This document shows positions 10,130 through 19,698 of a stretch of DNA of 64,000 bases, piece by piece; position 1 is the first letter of the stretch, and each line of letters opens with the position of its first letter. The position numbers were made by a program, and so were the translations under genes. Origin of the DNA: Candidatus Multivoradales bacterium (GTDB lineage Bacteria > Acidobacteriota > Thermoanaerobaculia > Multivoradales > Multivoraceae); NCBI GenBank assembly GCA_965223325.1, contig CBDCWI010000001.1:64001-128000 (forward strand), written 5' to 3'. Under the pieces are notes generated by a model that was given only the letters and a program-made list of their open reading frames with translations, was not told where the DNA came from and ran no database searches.

Positions 10130-11956
10130 CTACCCGAAGGCAAGTAACCAGAGGCCAGAATGATCCCGAAGCAGCCGCATGCGGTGGTACTGGAGAGTCT
10201 GCGCTTCGCTGAACTCTGCATCTTCGAGTGCACTGCCGATGAAGTGAGAGAACCGATGCTGGAAGAGGTCTGCCAGGCGAACTGTCGCGCGGGCGCGCTC
10301 GAAAACCGATTGATCCAGGTGGACGCCCTGGTCGACCAGACCGACGATCTCCTCCGCCTCGGCACTGATGCGCATCCTGATCGCCGCCACTTCGAGCAGG
10401 AACTGCTCGAGATCGCCGCCCTGGAAGGCAGGATGGTGGAGGCGCCTGAAGGCCACCACGTCACGCGGCATCAGCCGCAGGCGACGTACCTCTGGCGTAG
10501 CGCATACGAGGCTCGGCGCTGAATCCCAGTCGGTGTCGTCGAGCAGCTGCAGAATGACCCGCAGGGAGTCGCCGAGCACCTCGGCATAGCGAGTTCGAAT
10601 ACGGAGCTTCTCGACCGGCCGATCCCCCCCGATATAGAGCGAGTCGGCGTGCCGGGCGATTTCCCCGGACGGAAGCGGAGACGAGGCACCGGTTGGGATG
10701 GCCGGCAATGAGCCCATGCCGGTGATCGACCGGCTGGCCGTCTCTTCGCGGCCCCTCGACGGCGCGGCATCGTCTTCGCCCCATGGTTCTTCGGGCGACT
10801 GGGTCGCGGGCGGTGCTGGGTCAGGCTGATGATCGAGGCCCTGGCTTTCCTGGAGTTCGAGGAACTCGTTCGCGGGATTGACCGGGTCCTTCGCGGTGCT
10901 GTCGAGGTTGAACCCCGGCACCCTGGTTGAGTCGACGGCCGTTTGCTCGCCTGTGACGGTCGCACCCGTGCGCCGCAGCCGCGGAATCAGGTCGCGCACG
11001 CGGTTGCGAATGAAGGCGAGTTCTTCGAGCCGGACGTTGTTGTTGCCCAGGTGATCCTCGAAACGCTCGATCTCGTCGCGGAAGCGCTGGAGGTCCTCGT
11101 CGAGAGCACGATCAAGTGAGGGCGCACCGCGCTCCAACTCGAACACTTCTTGATACTCGGCAGCGATCCTACGCTCTTCACTCTGGTAGAGCGTGGCGAC
11201 CTTCTCCCGGAAACGCAGGTTCGCCTCGATGACACGCTGGGCGACCTCGGGGACGAGCATGTTCGGCCCCAGGGCGCGTTTCAGGCTGCGGTACTCATCG
11301 ACCAACTGACACTCGTTAAGTTCGTCGAGAGTCTGGATCTCGCGAAGACGTCGGCTGATCGACTCGACCTGTTCGCGGTGCTCGAGAAGCGACTCTTCCG
11401 GTGGAAGCTCCCGCCCGGTCAAGGCCCAGAGGCCCCGCAGCGCATCGCGCAGCTGACTGGGATCGCGCTCGAGGAGCGCGACGCTCTCCTCGCGCATCTC
11501 TTCACCAAACTTGGTCAAAAGGAAGTCAACCTTGTCGAGGCGCTCCTGCCCTTCCTCGTTGCCTTCGGAGAGGACGTCGTGGTGCACATAGAAGCGGAGA
11601 ATCTGCACCAGAATCTTGCGATCGTAGTGCTGCACGCGACCAAAGAAGTTGCGCAAAAGGCCAGCACCTACTCTGCTATCTTCCTCGAGCAGAGCCTCAT
11701 CCCTGACATTCAGAGTGGTCTCGATTCGACTCAACTCACCCTCGACCTGGTCCGTGCTGGTGGTATCGAGGTTGCGCGACACGGCCTTGAGACCGTGGTA
11801 GAGCATCTTGAAGTCCAGTTCCTTCTGCCCCACCGGGGCCTGAGGAAAGACCTTGTGGATACCTTCGAGGAACTGGCGAAACGTCCAAGACGCCTTGAAT
11901 CGGTCTGAGAGCTGGATGTAGCGCCGATGCAGGCGACTGAGATCGTGAACCGTCAT
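10130..11956 (-). CDS. Hypothetical alpha-helical protein (~608 aa) with a central low-complexity linker
   Basis: Long ORF with host-like codon use. Likely start MTVHDLSRL at 11956. No motif recognised. Confidence 0.8.
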   Translation of the reverse strand: MTVHDLSRLHRRYIQLSDRFKASWTFRQFLEGIHKVFPQAPVGQKELDFKMLYHGLKAVSRNLDTTSTDQVEGELSRIETTLNVRDEALLEEDSRVGAGLLRNFFGRVQHYDRKILVQILRFYVHHDVLSEGNEEGQERLDKVDFLLTKFGEEMREESVALLERDPSQLRDALRGLWALTGRELPPEESLLEHREQVESISRRLREIQTLDELNECQLVDEYRSLKRALGPNMLVPEVAQRVIEANLRFREKVATLYQSEERRIAAEYQEVFELERGAPSLDRALDEDLQRFRDEIERFEDHLGNNNVRLEELAFIRNRVRDLIPRLRRTGATVTGEQTAVDSTRVPGFNLDSTAKDPVNPANEFLELQESQGLDHQPDPAPPATQSPEEPWGEDDAAPSRGREETASRSITGMGSLPAIPTGASSPLPSGEIARHADSLYIGGDRPVEKLRIRTRYAEVLGDSLRVILQLLDDTDWDSAPSLVCATPEVRRLRLMPRDVVAFRRLHHPAFQGGDLEQFLLEVAAIRMRISAEAEEIVGLVDQGVHLDQSVFERARATVRLADLFQHRFSHFIGSALEDAEFSEAQTLQYHRMRLLRDHSGLWLLAFG

Positions 11957-12015
11957 CGATCGATACCCGTGAAGTACCGGCAACCAGCAGAACGTAGGCA
12001 AATCGAGCAGCGAAC

Positions 12016-12558
12016 ATGACCACACCCACGGCCCAGGAACTCCCCGCCCAGCCGCCCGAACTCATCGGCGAGGTGGCGCTGCAGAAGCGCATCGCCGAAC
12101 TCGCCGGAGAGATAACCGCTGACTACCGGCATGCCGAAGAGTTCCTTTGCATCGGTATTCTCAAGGGTTCAGTGTTCTTCATGGTGGATCTTCTAAAGCA
12201 GGTCCCGCTCGACCTCGCTCTCGACTTCTTTCAGACCTCGAGCTACCGCTCGGGCAAGGTTCCCGGAGAGGTCCGGATTCGCAAAGATGTCGACTTCTCG
12301 GTCAGGGGTCGTGACGTTCTCCTGGTCGAGGACATCGTCGACACGGGCCACACCCTGAAGACCGTCATGGCGCTACTCGAGTTTCGCGGCGCCCGCTCGG
12401 TGAAGCTGTGTACGTTGTTGGACAAGACGGCTGCTCGGGAGGTAGAAGTGCCGATTCACTACACGGGGTTCGAAATCGAGAATCGGTTCGTGGTGGGGTA
12501 CGGGCTGGACTACGACGAGCGCTACCGGAACCTCCCCTACATCGGAGTTCTGGACTGA
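12016..12558 (+). CDS. hpt: Hypoxanthine phosphoribosyltransferase
   Basis: ILKGS, PRPP loop VLLVEDIVDTGHT, and FVVGYGLDYDERYRNLPYIG. Confidence 0.96.
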   Translation: MTTPTAQELPAQPPELIGEVALQKRIAELAGEITADYRHAEEFLCIGILKGSVFFMVDLLKQVPLDLALDFFQTSSYRSGKVPGEVRIRKDVDFSVRGRDVLLVEDIVDTGHTLKTVMALLEFRGARSVKLCTLLDKTAAREVEVPIHYTGFEIENRFVVGYGLDYDERYRNLPYIGVLD

Positions 12559-12780
12559 GGGATGCGCCAGACTCTTCGCCTCCGGCACGTTCAACCGAAG
12601 GCCAGACAGTCGAGAGAGGGCGAGAGCACGCCTTGGGCGAATGCCCGAGGGTGGGACCGGCTCTTCGCCGGTTTCTCGGAATTCTATGCAATAAAGTGAC
12701 TTGCGGTCCACCAGAGTCGTTTCGGCTGCGGTCTTACTCCCCAGGCGGTCCACCCCCGCCCGCCGCGCTCCCGCGGCGCG

Positions 12781-12821
12781 ACTACCGCGGTGCCGCTACT
12801 ACCGCGGTGCCAGGGACTCCG
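12781..12821 (-). repeat. REP-like copy within a 17-bp partial tandem duplication, between convergent genes
   Basis: ACTACCGCGGTGCC occurs at 12781 and 12798; the second continues as GGTGCCAGGGACTCC. Confidence 0.75.
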
Positions 12822-12849
12822 GCGAGCGCGTTGGACGGGTGCCGCCGCC

Positions 12850-13617
12850 TCAGCCGGGCGGCTCGGCGTCCTCCGGGGTAGCGGCGGGCGGCCGCTCCCA
12901 GACTGCGGGGAGAACCGGCCGTCCGGTCAGGTTCTCGACCAACATGAAGATCAGGTCGTCCTCGCCCGTTCCCAGTTGCCTGGTCAGCTCTGCGATGACT
13001 CCCTCGAGGCCTCGCACGAGGTCGGCGAACCCAAAGCGCCACGCTCCGTTTTCGTAACGGAAGCGATACTCCAGTCCTTCGACCGCTGCAGGCGCAGCCA
13101 CCGAGTCGTTGGGCGCCGTCGACCCCGTCATCGCTGGGGCGGAGGCGACCGTCCCCTCGACAGTGACCGCGCCCATCTCGAGCCGATCGACACTGGCCGC
13201 CGCAACCCATCCGGAGGCGATCGCCGTCTCAAGGAGGCCTGAGAGCTCCATCGATGAAATCTTCGCGGCGTCAATCTCGTGGCGAAGGCTCACCACCAGC
13301 AGCCGCTCTATGAAGGACCGCTCGCGGAGGGTCGCTGCGTCGGCCTCGAGCGCCAGCGTTCGTAGTTCGTGCCAGTAGTCGTGGGTCGCTTGGTCGACCA
13401 GAGCCGCCGCGGTGGTGGAATCCCCCTCCGACAAGGCGGTGCGATAGGCCTCGAACACCTGTCGGATCGCCTGCAAGCTCTCGGCGCCGGGCGTCCCAGG
13501 TTGGCCGGGAGTTGGCACAGACTCAGTCGCCTGCGCCTGGAGACACGGCCCTGCGGCGGCCGCCATCAGGGCGACCGCGCCCACGATTGTTGCCCGGACA
13601 GAACCAGTACGTCTCAC
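12850..13617 (-). CDS. Secreted hypothetical protein (possibly NTF2-like/DUF4878-like)
   Basis: Signal-peptide-like N-terminus; GTG start overlaps the upstream stop; AIRQVFEAYRTAL...GD and FRYENGAWRF pattern. Confidence 0.65.
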   Translation of the reverse strand: MRRTGSVRATIVGAVALMAAAAGPCLQAQATESVPTPGQPGTPGAESLQAIRQVFEAYRTALSEGDSTTAAALVDQATHDYWHELRTLALEADAATLRERSFIERLLVVSLRHEIDAAKISSMELSGLLETAIASGWVAAASVDRLEMGAVTVEGTVASAPAMTGSTAPNDSVAAPAAVEGLEYRFRYENGAWRFGFADLVRGLEGVIAELTRQLGTGEDDLIFMLVENLTGRPVLPAVWERPPAATPEDAEPPG

Positions 13618-14204
13618 GATAGCTGGCCGCCGCGCAGGATCTTGTTGACGCTCTTGAAGGCAGGGTGGTTCTTGTCCCGGGCCCATTCGAAGGCGGCCGA
13701 CTCGTGGTTCGTCATGATCGCACCAGCCGCCTGCATCCTTTCGAGAGCCCACCGGCGGTATTCAGCTCCACGACCGGAGACCGCTTCCCAGCAGACATGA
13801 GGCGTACAGCCGTGCTCGATAAGACCAAGAACTGTCTGAACGACACAGACATGCGCCTCGATTCCGGCGACCACAACCTGCTGCTCTGCCAAAGGGACCG
13901 CGGGACGGGCACGACGCAAGGCGTCGAGGAAAGCCGGTTCCTCGCAGCAGCTGAAACTGTCCTTTTCCAACTTGAAGACTGCCGTCTCGAGCGCATCGAC
14001 CTGCGCGAGCAAGCATTCACAAGTCGGACCCAGGCCGGCTGGGTACTGCTCGGTGAGCACGACCGGCACCGAAAAGGCGTCTGCGAACTGAAGCAGGCGC
14101 TGGATCGAACTCATGGTCAGTTGGGGACGCTCGACGAGGTCGACGAGCTTGCCCTGCATGTCAATGACGACGACGATCGAGCGATCGATATCGAGAACCG
14201 TCAT
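13614..14204 (-). CDS. Isochorismatase-family hydrolase
   Basis: VVIDMQGKL, TEQYPAGLGPT, KDSFSC and AGIEAHVCVVQT. Confidence 0.92.
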   Translation of the reverse strand: MTVLDIDRSIVVVIDMQGKLVDLVERPQLTMSSIQRLLQFADAFSVPVVLTEQYPAGLGPTCECLLAQVDALETAVFKLEKDSFSCCEEPAFLDALRRARPAVPLAEQQVVVAGIEAHVCVVQTVLGLIEHGCTPHVCWEAVSGRGAEYRRWALERMQAAGAIMTNHESAAFEWARDKNHPAFKSVNKILRGGQLS

Positions 14205-14249
14205 CTGGTGAACCTCCTTGGGTGGTGCAAGCCTAGGAATCTTGGCACC

Positions 14250-15779
14250 TCACGGCAGGGCCAGGGTCTTTCGCACCAGCTCCAGAGCTTCCTCGCCAGC
14301 CACCGGGGCACCCGCCATGCAGGCTTCACGGTCTTCGATCAAACCACACCGAACGGCAGCGGCGCAGGCGGTGGAGCTCGTCACTGCCCCGGTGCCAGGC
14401 ACGTCGGCAGAACAGGAACCGCGACCAAATCGCTGGTCCAGCCGCAGGAGACCGGCGAACAGGTGGCCGCGATTGGTCTTACGCTCCGGATCGAAGCGGT
14501 TGAGGGTCGAGTCCGTCAAGTCCATGAGACCCAGGTTCAGCACCTTGACGATCTCTCGGTTCCGTGGGTGGTCCAGAACGTCCGAGGCAATCCGCCCAGA
14601 TCCGGTGGCGGCGCTCCGTACGCTCGGGACCGTCCAGTAAAACAGCGTCGCCAGGTCACCACGCTCGAGTTCAGGTTTGGCGACCACATCCTGTACATAC
14701 TTAGGCAGGTTCTCGAGACGCCAACGAAAGGTCGCCGCTGCGAGTCGATCGGGGAGGTCCGGGTCCTCCGGGTACTGCCTGACCAACTGGCGATAGATAT
14801 CGAGGCCTAGATGAGCCTCCCCCACGGCGACCTCGAGCTCCGCGCGACGTTCCAAATCCCCGCGCTCCAGGGTCGTACGCTCCGCGAGCTGCCTGAGAAG
14901 CTCGAGCTCGCTCTGCCGATCGCCCGAAGACGAAGCGAGCAGGCGCTCTGCAGCGAGCGTCCGGTCTGAGCCCGGCCTCCACTCTCGCAGAAGCGCAAAC
15001 TGATCGAGGGCTCTCTCCCGCTCGTCGCGCGCCAAGGCGTCCTCGAAAGCCAATTCGACCTGAGTGAGCGCCGCTTCTTCCAGGCCTGCGGCTCGAGACT
15101 GGGCGTCGCTCGAGCGTTCGCCGGCGTTTCGAAAAGCACGGTAGGCCACGACCACGTCGTTCTCGAGGTCAGCTGCCCTTCCGAGCGCCAGCTGGCCGGC
15201 GAAGTAGTCGGGGACTCCTTCGAGATCGAGGCCTCGGAGCCGTTCCAGAGCGAGCTGACTCTGACCATGGACGAGATCGATCTGTGCGAGCAACACGGCC
15301 GCCGGGGTGAGGCCCTGGTTACGACGGAGTAGGGCTTCAGCAGAGCTACGTGCTACCTCGGGAAGACCGTCGTCCGAGAAGGCTCGCCAGGCACGCTGGA
15401 GCTCCAGGCGCTCATCGGTCGCCGTGGGTCCGAGCCAGCCTTCGAGGGGTGACCGGATCCAAGTGAGCGCAGCGGTTTCGAGACCTGGGTCTGGCCCGGC
15501 GCTACTCGACGCACATCCCACCAGAAACGCCAACGCCAGCGTGGCAGGCCCTGCGAGCCGCAGTGTGCTGAACAACAGCGTCGACAACGTGCCATGCACC
15601 ACCGACTGAGTGCCAGGCACTACGGCAGCACGGCGGCGAGCCGCGGTGCCAGGGACTCCGGAGACCCCTCCAGGGGACACTCCGCGAGTGCCCAGGACTT
15701 CGATCGACCCGTGGCGACGGCGTCGGGCGACCGGAGGGCGCCCGATTCTCTTCATGAACGCGTGCGCGTTCCCGGTCAC
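14250..15779 (-). CDS. TPR-like lipoprotein with a C-terminal SLH-like domain (start uncertain, may be near 15600)
   Basis: Lipobox FLVGC, helical TPR-like repeats, and SLH-like SDVLDHP...LNLGLM...FDPERKTNRG. Confidence 0.65.
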   Translation of the reverse strand: MTGNAHAFMKRIGRPPVARRRRHGSIEVLGTRGVSPGGVSGVPGTAARRRAAVVPGTQSVVHGTLSTLLFSTLRLAGPATLALAFLVGCASSSAGPDPGLETAALTWIRSPLEGWLGPTATDERLELQRAWRAFSDDGLPEVARSSAEALLRRNQGLTPAAVLLAQIDLVHGQSQLALERLRGLDLEGVPDYFAGQLALGRAADLENDVVVAYRAFRNAGERSSDAQSRAAGLEEAALTQVELAFEDALARDERERALDQFALLREWRPGSDRTLAAERLLASSSGDRQSELELLRQLAERTTLERGDLERRAELEVAVGEAHLGLDIYRQLVRQYPEDPDLPDRLAAATFRWRLENLPKYVQDVVAKPELERGDLATLFYWTVPSVRSAATGSGRIASDVLDHPRNREIVKVLNLGLMDLTDSTLNRFDPERKTNRGHLFAGLLRLDQRFGRGSCSADVPGTGAVTSSTACAAAVRCGLIEDREACMAGAPVAGEEALELVRKTLALP

Positions 15780-15802
15780 GTTTTTTGTTCCCTCGGCGAC
15801 GA

Positions 15803-16012
15803 TCAGGCGGTCAGATGAATCGTCGCAATGGCATGCTTGTAGATGAGCACTTCAGTCTGGTCGTCAAGCTCGAGGACGATGGCAAAACGATCGAAGCGCT
15901 TGATACGACCAGGGAGTTCCTTCCCTGTTGTCAGGTGGACTGAGAGCTTGTTGGCCTCCTTCAGATTCTGAAAGAGAAAGCCGTCCTGGATGTTGATGTT
16001 GTGCTTGCTCAT
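15803..16012 (-). CDS. hfq: RNA chaperone Hfq (69 aa, core only)
   Basis: NIQDGFL, GRIKRFDRF and LIYKHAIATI; directly after miaA with an ATGA overlap. Confidence 0.96.
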   Translation of the reverse strand: MSKHNINIQDGFLFQNLKEANKLSVHLTTGKELPGRIKRFDRFAIVLELDDQTEVLIYKHAIATIHLTA

Positions 16013-17058
16013 GAGCCCCCCCTAGCAAGGGATGAAAATAGATTAGCGATACGAAGTGCTGCCGAAGAGGCCGTGCGGGAATCGAACCAGGTGATGTCTC
16101 GCTCGCGACGAAACCACGTCTCCTGACGCTTTGCATACCTTCGAGTCGCCTTGACGGTTTCCGACACTGCCCGTGCGAGGTCGATTTCACCTCGTACGTG
16201 CATCGCCAGTTCGCGATACCCGATTGCCTGAAAGCTCACCGGCACCGCCTGCGCGTCGAGCATGGGGCCCGGCACGCCCAGCGAGGACGACGTCTGCGCG
16301 CCTCGCCCCCTGGCACCCCGGGGGTACCGGTCGAGCACGCGACGGACCTCGTCGAGCCAACCCTCAGAAAGCATTCGCTCTATCCGCAAGGAAATCGCAT
16401 CGTACAGGACCGCTCTCGGGAGGGTCAATCCAATCCGAAGCACCGGTAGCGGGGGGCCTGAAGGATGCCGGCGATGCCACTCGGAGATCGCGACTCCAGA
16501 TTGAGCCAACACTTCGGTCGCCCGAAGGATCCGCTGTGTGTCCCCCGCCTCGAGCCGCGACGCAGTCTCCGGGTCGTGCTCGATGAGCTCTCGATAGAGG
16601 ACAGCCAGCCCTTCCTGCTCGCAGCGTGCCGCCACCCTTTCCCGCACCCTCTGCTCCACCTTGGGGACCACGGTCAGCCCCTCGAAGAGTGCGCGGAGGT
16701 AGAGGCCGCTGCCACCGACGACGATCGGCACGCGACCGCGACCGGCGATTTCGCGCACCACTGGGCGAGCTCGCCGCGAGAACTCGCCCGCCGACCAGGC
16801 CTCATCGACATCGAGGAAGTCGAAGAGATGGTGCGGCACCATCGCTCGCTCGGCCGCACTGGGCTTGGCCGTTCCCACTTCCAGTTCACGGTAGACTTGT
16901 AGGGCATCACCGTTGACGATTTCTCCGCCGAGCCTTTTCGCCAAGATGACTCCAAGCGCGCTCTTGCCGGTTGCCGTCGGTCCCAGAATCGCCAGACAAG
17001 GAGGACCCGTCCACGGGTCGTCGGGAGGTGTCACGGTCTCGGGGTCGTTCATGGACAT
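16009..17058 (-). CDS. miaA: tRNA dimethylallyltransferase
   Basis: GPTATGKS, DALQVYR, GTAKPS, VGGSGLY, QAIGYRE and TRRYAKRQETWFR. Confidence 0.96.
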   Translation of the reverse strand: MSMNDPETVTPPDDPWTGPPCLAILGPTATGKSALGVILAKRLGGEIVNGDALQVYRELEVGTAKPSAAERAMVPHHLFDFLDVDEAWSAGEFSRRARPVVREIAGRGRVPIVVGGSGLYLRALFEGLTVVPKVEQRVRERVAARCEQEGLAVLYRELIEHDPETASRLEAGDTQRILRATEVLAQSGVAISEWHRRHPSGPPLPVLRIGLTLPRAVLYDAISLRIERMLSEGWLDEVRRVLDRYPRGARGRGAQTSSSLGVPGPMLDAQAVPVSFQAIGYRELAMHVRGEIDLARAVSETVKATRRYAKRQETWFRRERDITWFDSRTASSAALRIANLFSSLARGGS

Positions 17059-17178
17059 CGGCTTCGCTCGGTGCTGGCAGCGTTCTAGAAGTCAGGCTTC
17101 CAATGCTGCCCGACCGGGTCGGGCGGTGAAGTGGTCGCCGGCGGACGGGTCGCTGAGGGCAGACCCCAAGCCGGCGGC

Positions 17179-19590
17179 CTATCTCGAGGGTGGAAGATCG
17201 CACGTTACCTCGACCTGGAGCGGGTGACCGCGCCTCAGGTTGACCCTGACCTGTCCGTTCAGGTCGGTCCTGAAGACCTGGACGGGGAGTTCGCTCAGTC
17301 GCTCCAGGACCTCTTCGGCCGGGTGTCGGTAGCGATTGCGCCGGCCGACCGAGACCAACGCGACCTTGGGTCTGACGGCTGCGAGCCAGGGCACCCCGGT
17401 CGACGTCTTGCTCCCGTGGTGTGCGACTTTCAACACATCACACGCAATCGCGTCGCGACGAGAGAGTAGAGCTTCCTCTCCCTGTCGGTCGATGTCGCCG
17501 GTGAACAGAACGCAGTGCCCCTCGACCTCGGCGCGGACCACGAGGGAGTCGCGGTTGCGCGAGCGCCTGCCCTCGTCGCGCCTCGGAGATAGGACATCGA
17601 ACCGCCACTCCCCGAAGCGAAAGCGGTCACCCGCAGCGAGCTGCCGCGTCGCGGTCGCTCCGAACTCCGCGGCAAGTTTCGCCACGCAGCCCCCAGCGGC
17701 CTGGTCTTCGGCTGCGCGCACGGCCTTCTGGGCGACCCAGAGCTCACCGACCGGCACCCAATCGATCAGGTCGCGCACTCCCTCACAGTGATCGCTGTCG
17801 CCGTGGCTCACTAGAACTGCATCGAGCCTCGCAACGTTGAGGCGACTGAGGGCTGGCACGAGCACTGACGCCGCGAAGTCGCCGCGCCGAAACCCACCTC
17901 CGTCGACCAGCAGGCTGGTGTTTCCACGCCGTAGGAGGATCGAGTCTCCTTGGCCCACGTCGAGCATCACGAGAGTTGTCGACGGCTCACTCTGCCCGTT
18001 GCTCTCAATCACCCCGGCCGGATCGCTGCCACTGAGCGACAGCAGCGCTACGAGCAAGAGTAGCCACGAACGGCGGCGGAGAACGATCAGCAGAAGCACC
18101 ACGACAACGGCCATGAGCGCGCGGACTGGCGAGATCACGAGCGTCCACCAAACCGACGGACGAAGCGACTCCAGAGTCTCGACCGGCCAGGCAATCATGT
18201 CGCCGACGAGCGAAAAGGTGTCGAGTGCCGAGCCGGACAGTACGCTGAGCGAAACCATCGCGCTGCCCAGAATGAGGGCGAAGACCAACCACAGGCTCGC
18301 CAATGGCTCGAGAACGAAGGTCAGCGGTGTCATCACGCCGAACACCGGAACCGTCAGGGGCGCGGTGGAGATCTGTGCCGCCCACGGCACCTGGAACGGC
18401 CACGTGCCAGGGCGCTGCCACCACCGCGACGGAGTAGTGTCTCGACCCCAGAGCTGGCCCTCACGCGATCGCGCTCTGGGCGACCGAGAGAAGAGCGGCA
18501 GCAGGACCAGGATGCCGAACGTCGCGGCCACCGTCAGCTGGAAGGACAGCGACGCGACGCGACGCGGGTCTGCCAGGACGAGGGCGGACACCGCCACCGA
18601 CAGGACGTCGAGCGGGCGAAAGGCACGGCCCGAGCCGAGGAGCAGGAGGCCGATGGTGGCGGTCAGTCCCGCGCGAACGACCGGGGCGCCCCAGCCGGCG
18701 ATGGTACAGAAGGCAAAGAGAACCGCCACCAGGAAGACGTTTCGGACTGGAAGCGGCAACCTGAGCAGGCGCAAGACGCCACTCGCCATCAGCGCTACGA
18801 GACCGACGTGCAGCCCTGAAACCGCGACCAGGTGTGCGAAGCCGAAACGGCGAAAGGTACGGGTGCTCTCTTCAGGGAGATACCCCTTCTCTCCGAGAAG
18901 AGTGGCAAACACCAGAGCGCAGCCAAGACCGCAGGAGTCGCCAGCGAGTCGTTCGATGAATCTGTTGCGGGAGGCTCGGAGCAGCCGAGGTGAGGACCCT
19001 TCGGCGGCTCCTGCACACGCCTCCAGCAGACGGCGACTCGGGGTCGTCAAAGCCAACTGCACTGCCCTGTCCCGGCCTCCGTTGTAGTAGGTCCCCACGG
19101 GGCGAAGCCTGCCCTTTAGTCGCAGACAGCTCGAGGCGGGCGGTTCCCCTTCGCCCGGAAGCGACAACGTCGCCCGGAGTTGTGCAACCGAGACGTGGTT
19201 TCGGTAGCGGGCGGCAACGACGCGCACCTCGCTGCGCCAACCGAAGTCGGATCTTTCCCAAGGGGATTCGACCTCGACCCTGAACGCTCCTCTTATCCCG
19301 TCCGAATGCGAAGAATCGACGTGCAACGTGGGGGCGCGCTCGGGACCTCCGGGAAGCGTCGTGACGGCAGCAAGTGTGCCAAGTGCAAAGCCGATCACTG
19401 CGACGCCTCGTCCGCCCCGGGCGATACCGAGCAGCAGAAGGAGAACGAGCGGTCCCACCGGAGCCGTCGTGTGAAGGCCAAGGCTCGCACTCAGCCACAC
19501 GGAGAGGGCCACCTGGAGGGCCGTATGGGGCGCGGCCCGGCGCGTGAATCGCCGTGGCGAGGAGTCAAACGAGAGATTTCTTCCAGTCAC
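17179..19590 (-). CDS. comEC: ComEC/Rec2 DNA uptake channel with a metallo-beta-lactamase domain
   Basis: HLVAVSGLHV, SFQLT, LDVGQGDS, SHGDSDH, FTGD, KVAHHGS and NRYRHP. Confidence 0.92.
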   Translation of the reverse strand: MTGRNLSFDSSPRRFTRRAAPHTALQVALSVWLSASLGLHTTAPVGPLVLLLLLGIARGGRGVAVIGFALGTLAAVTTLPGGPERAPTLHVDSSHSDGIRGAFRVEVESPWERSDFGWRSEVRVVAARYRNHVSVAQLRATLSLPGEGEPPASSCLRLKGRLRPVGTYYNGGRDRAVQLALTTPSRRLLEACAGAAEGSSPRLLRASRNRFIERLAGDSCGLGCALVFATLLGEKGYLPEESTRTFRRFGFAHLVAVSGLHVGLVALMASGVLRLLRLPLPVRNVFLVAVLFAFCTIAGWGAPVVRAGLTATIGLLLLGSGRAFRPLDVLSVAVSALVLADPRRVASLSFQLTVAATFGILVLLPLFSRSPRARSREGQLWGRDTTPSRWWQRPGTWPFQVPWAAQISTAPLTVPVFGVMTPLTFVLEPLASLWLVFALILGSAMVSLSVLSGSALDTFSLVGDMIAWPVETLESLRPSVWWTLVISPVRALMAVVVVLLLIVLRRRSWLLLLVALLSLSGSDPAGVIESNGQSEPSTTLVMLDVGQGDSILLRRGNTSLLVDGGGFRRGDFAASVLVPALSRLNVARLDAVLVSHGDSDHCEGVRDLIDWVPVGELWVAQKAVRAAEDQAAGGCVAKLAAEFGATATRQLAAGDRFRFGEWRFDVLSPRRDEGRRSRNRDSLVVRAEVEGHCVLFTGDIDRQGEEALLSRRDAIACDVLKVAHHGSKTSTGVPWLAAVRPKVALVSVGRRNRYRHPAEEVLERLSELPVQVFRTDLNGQVRVNLRRGHPLQVEVTCDLPPSR

Positions 19591-19698
19591 GTCCTTTTAG
19601 GACGTCGATTGGCTGCGAGCTTTGACTGTTTTCGAAAGCGCGCCGGCCGGCGGCAGCACCCGAAGCGAAGGCCAGAGTGCTAACGAAAGCCACGGGAG

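Noticed and set aside
9611-10147. Short overlapping ORFs across the repeat array, and similar ones at 38010-38835
   Set aside because: They follow from a stop-free GC-rich repeat. No RBS, domain or coding-like composition.
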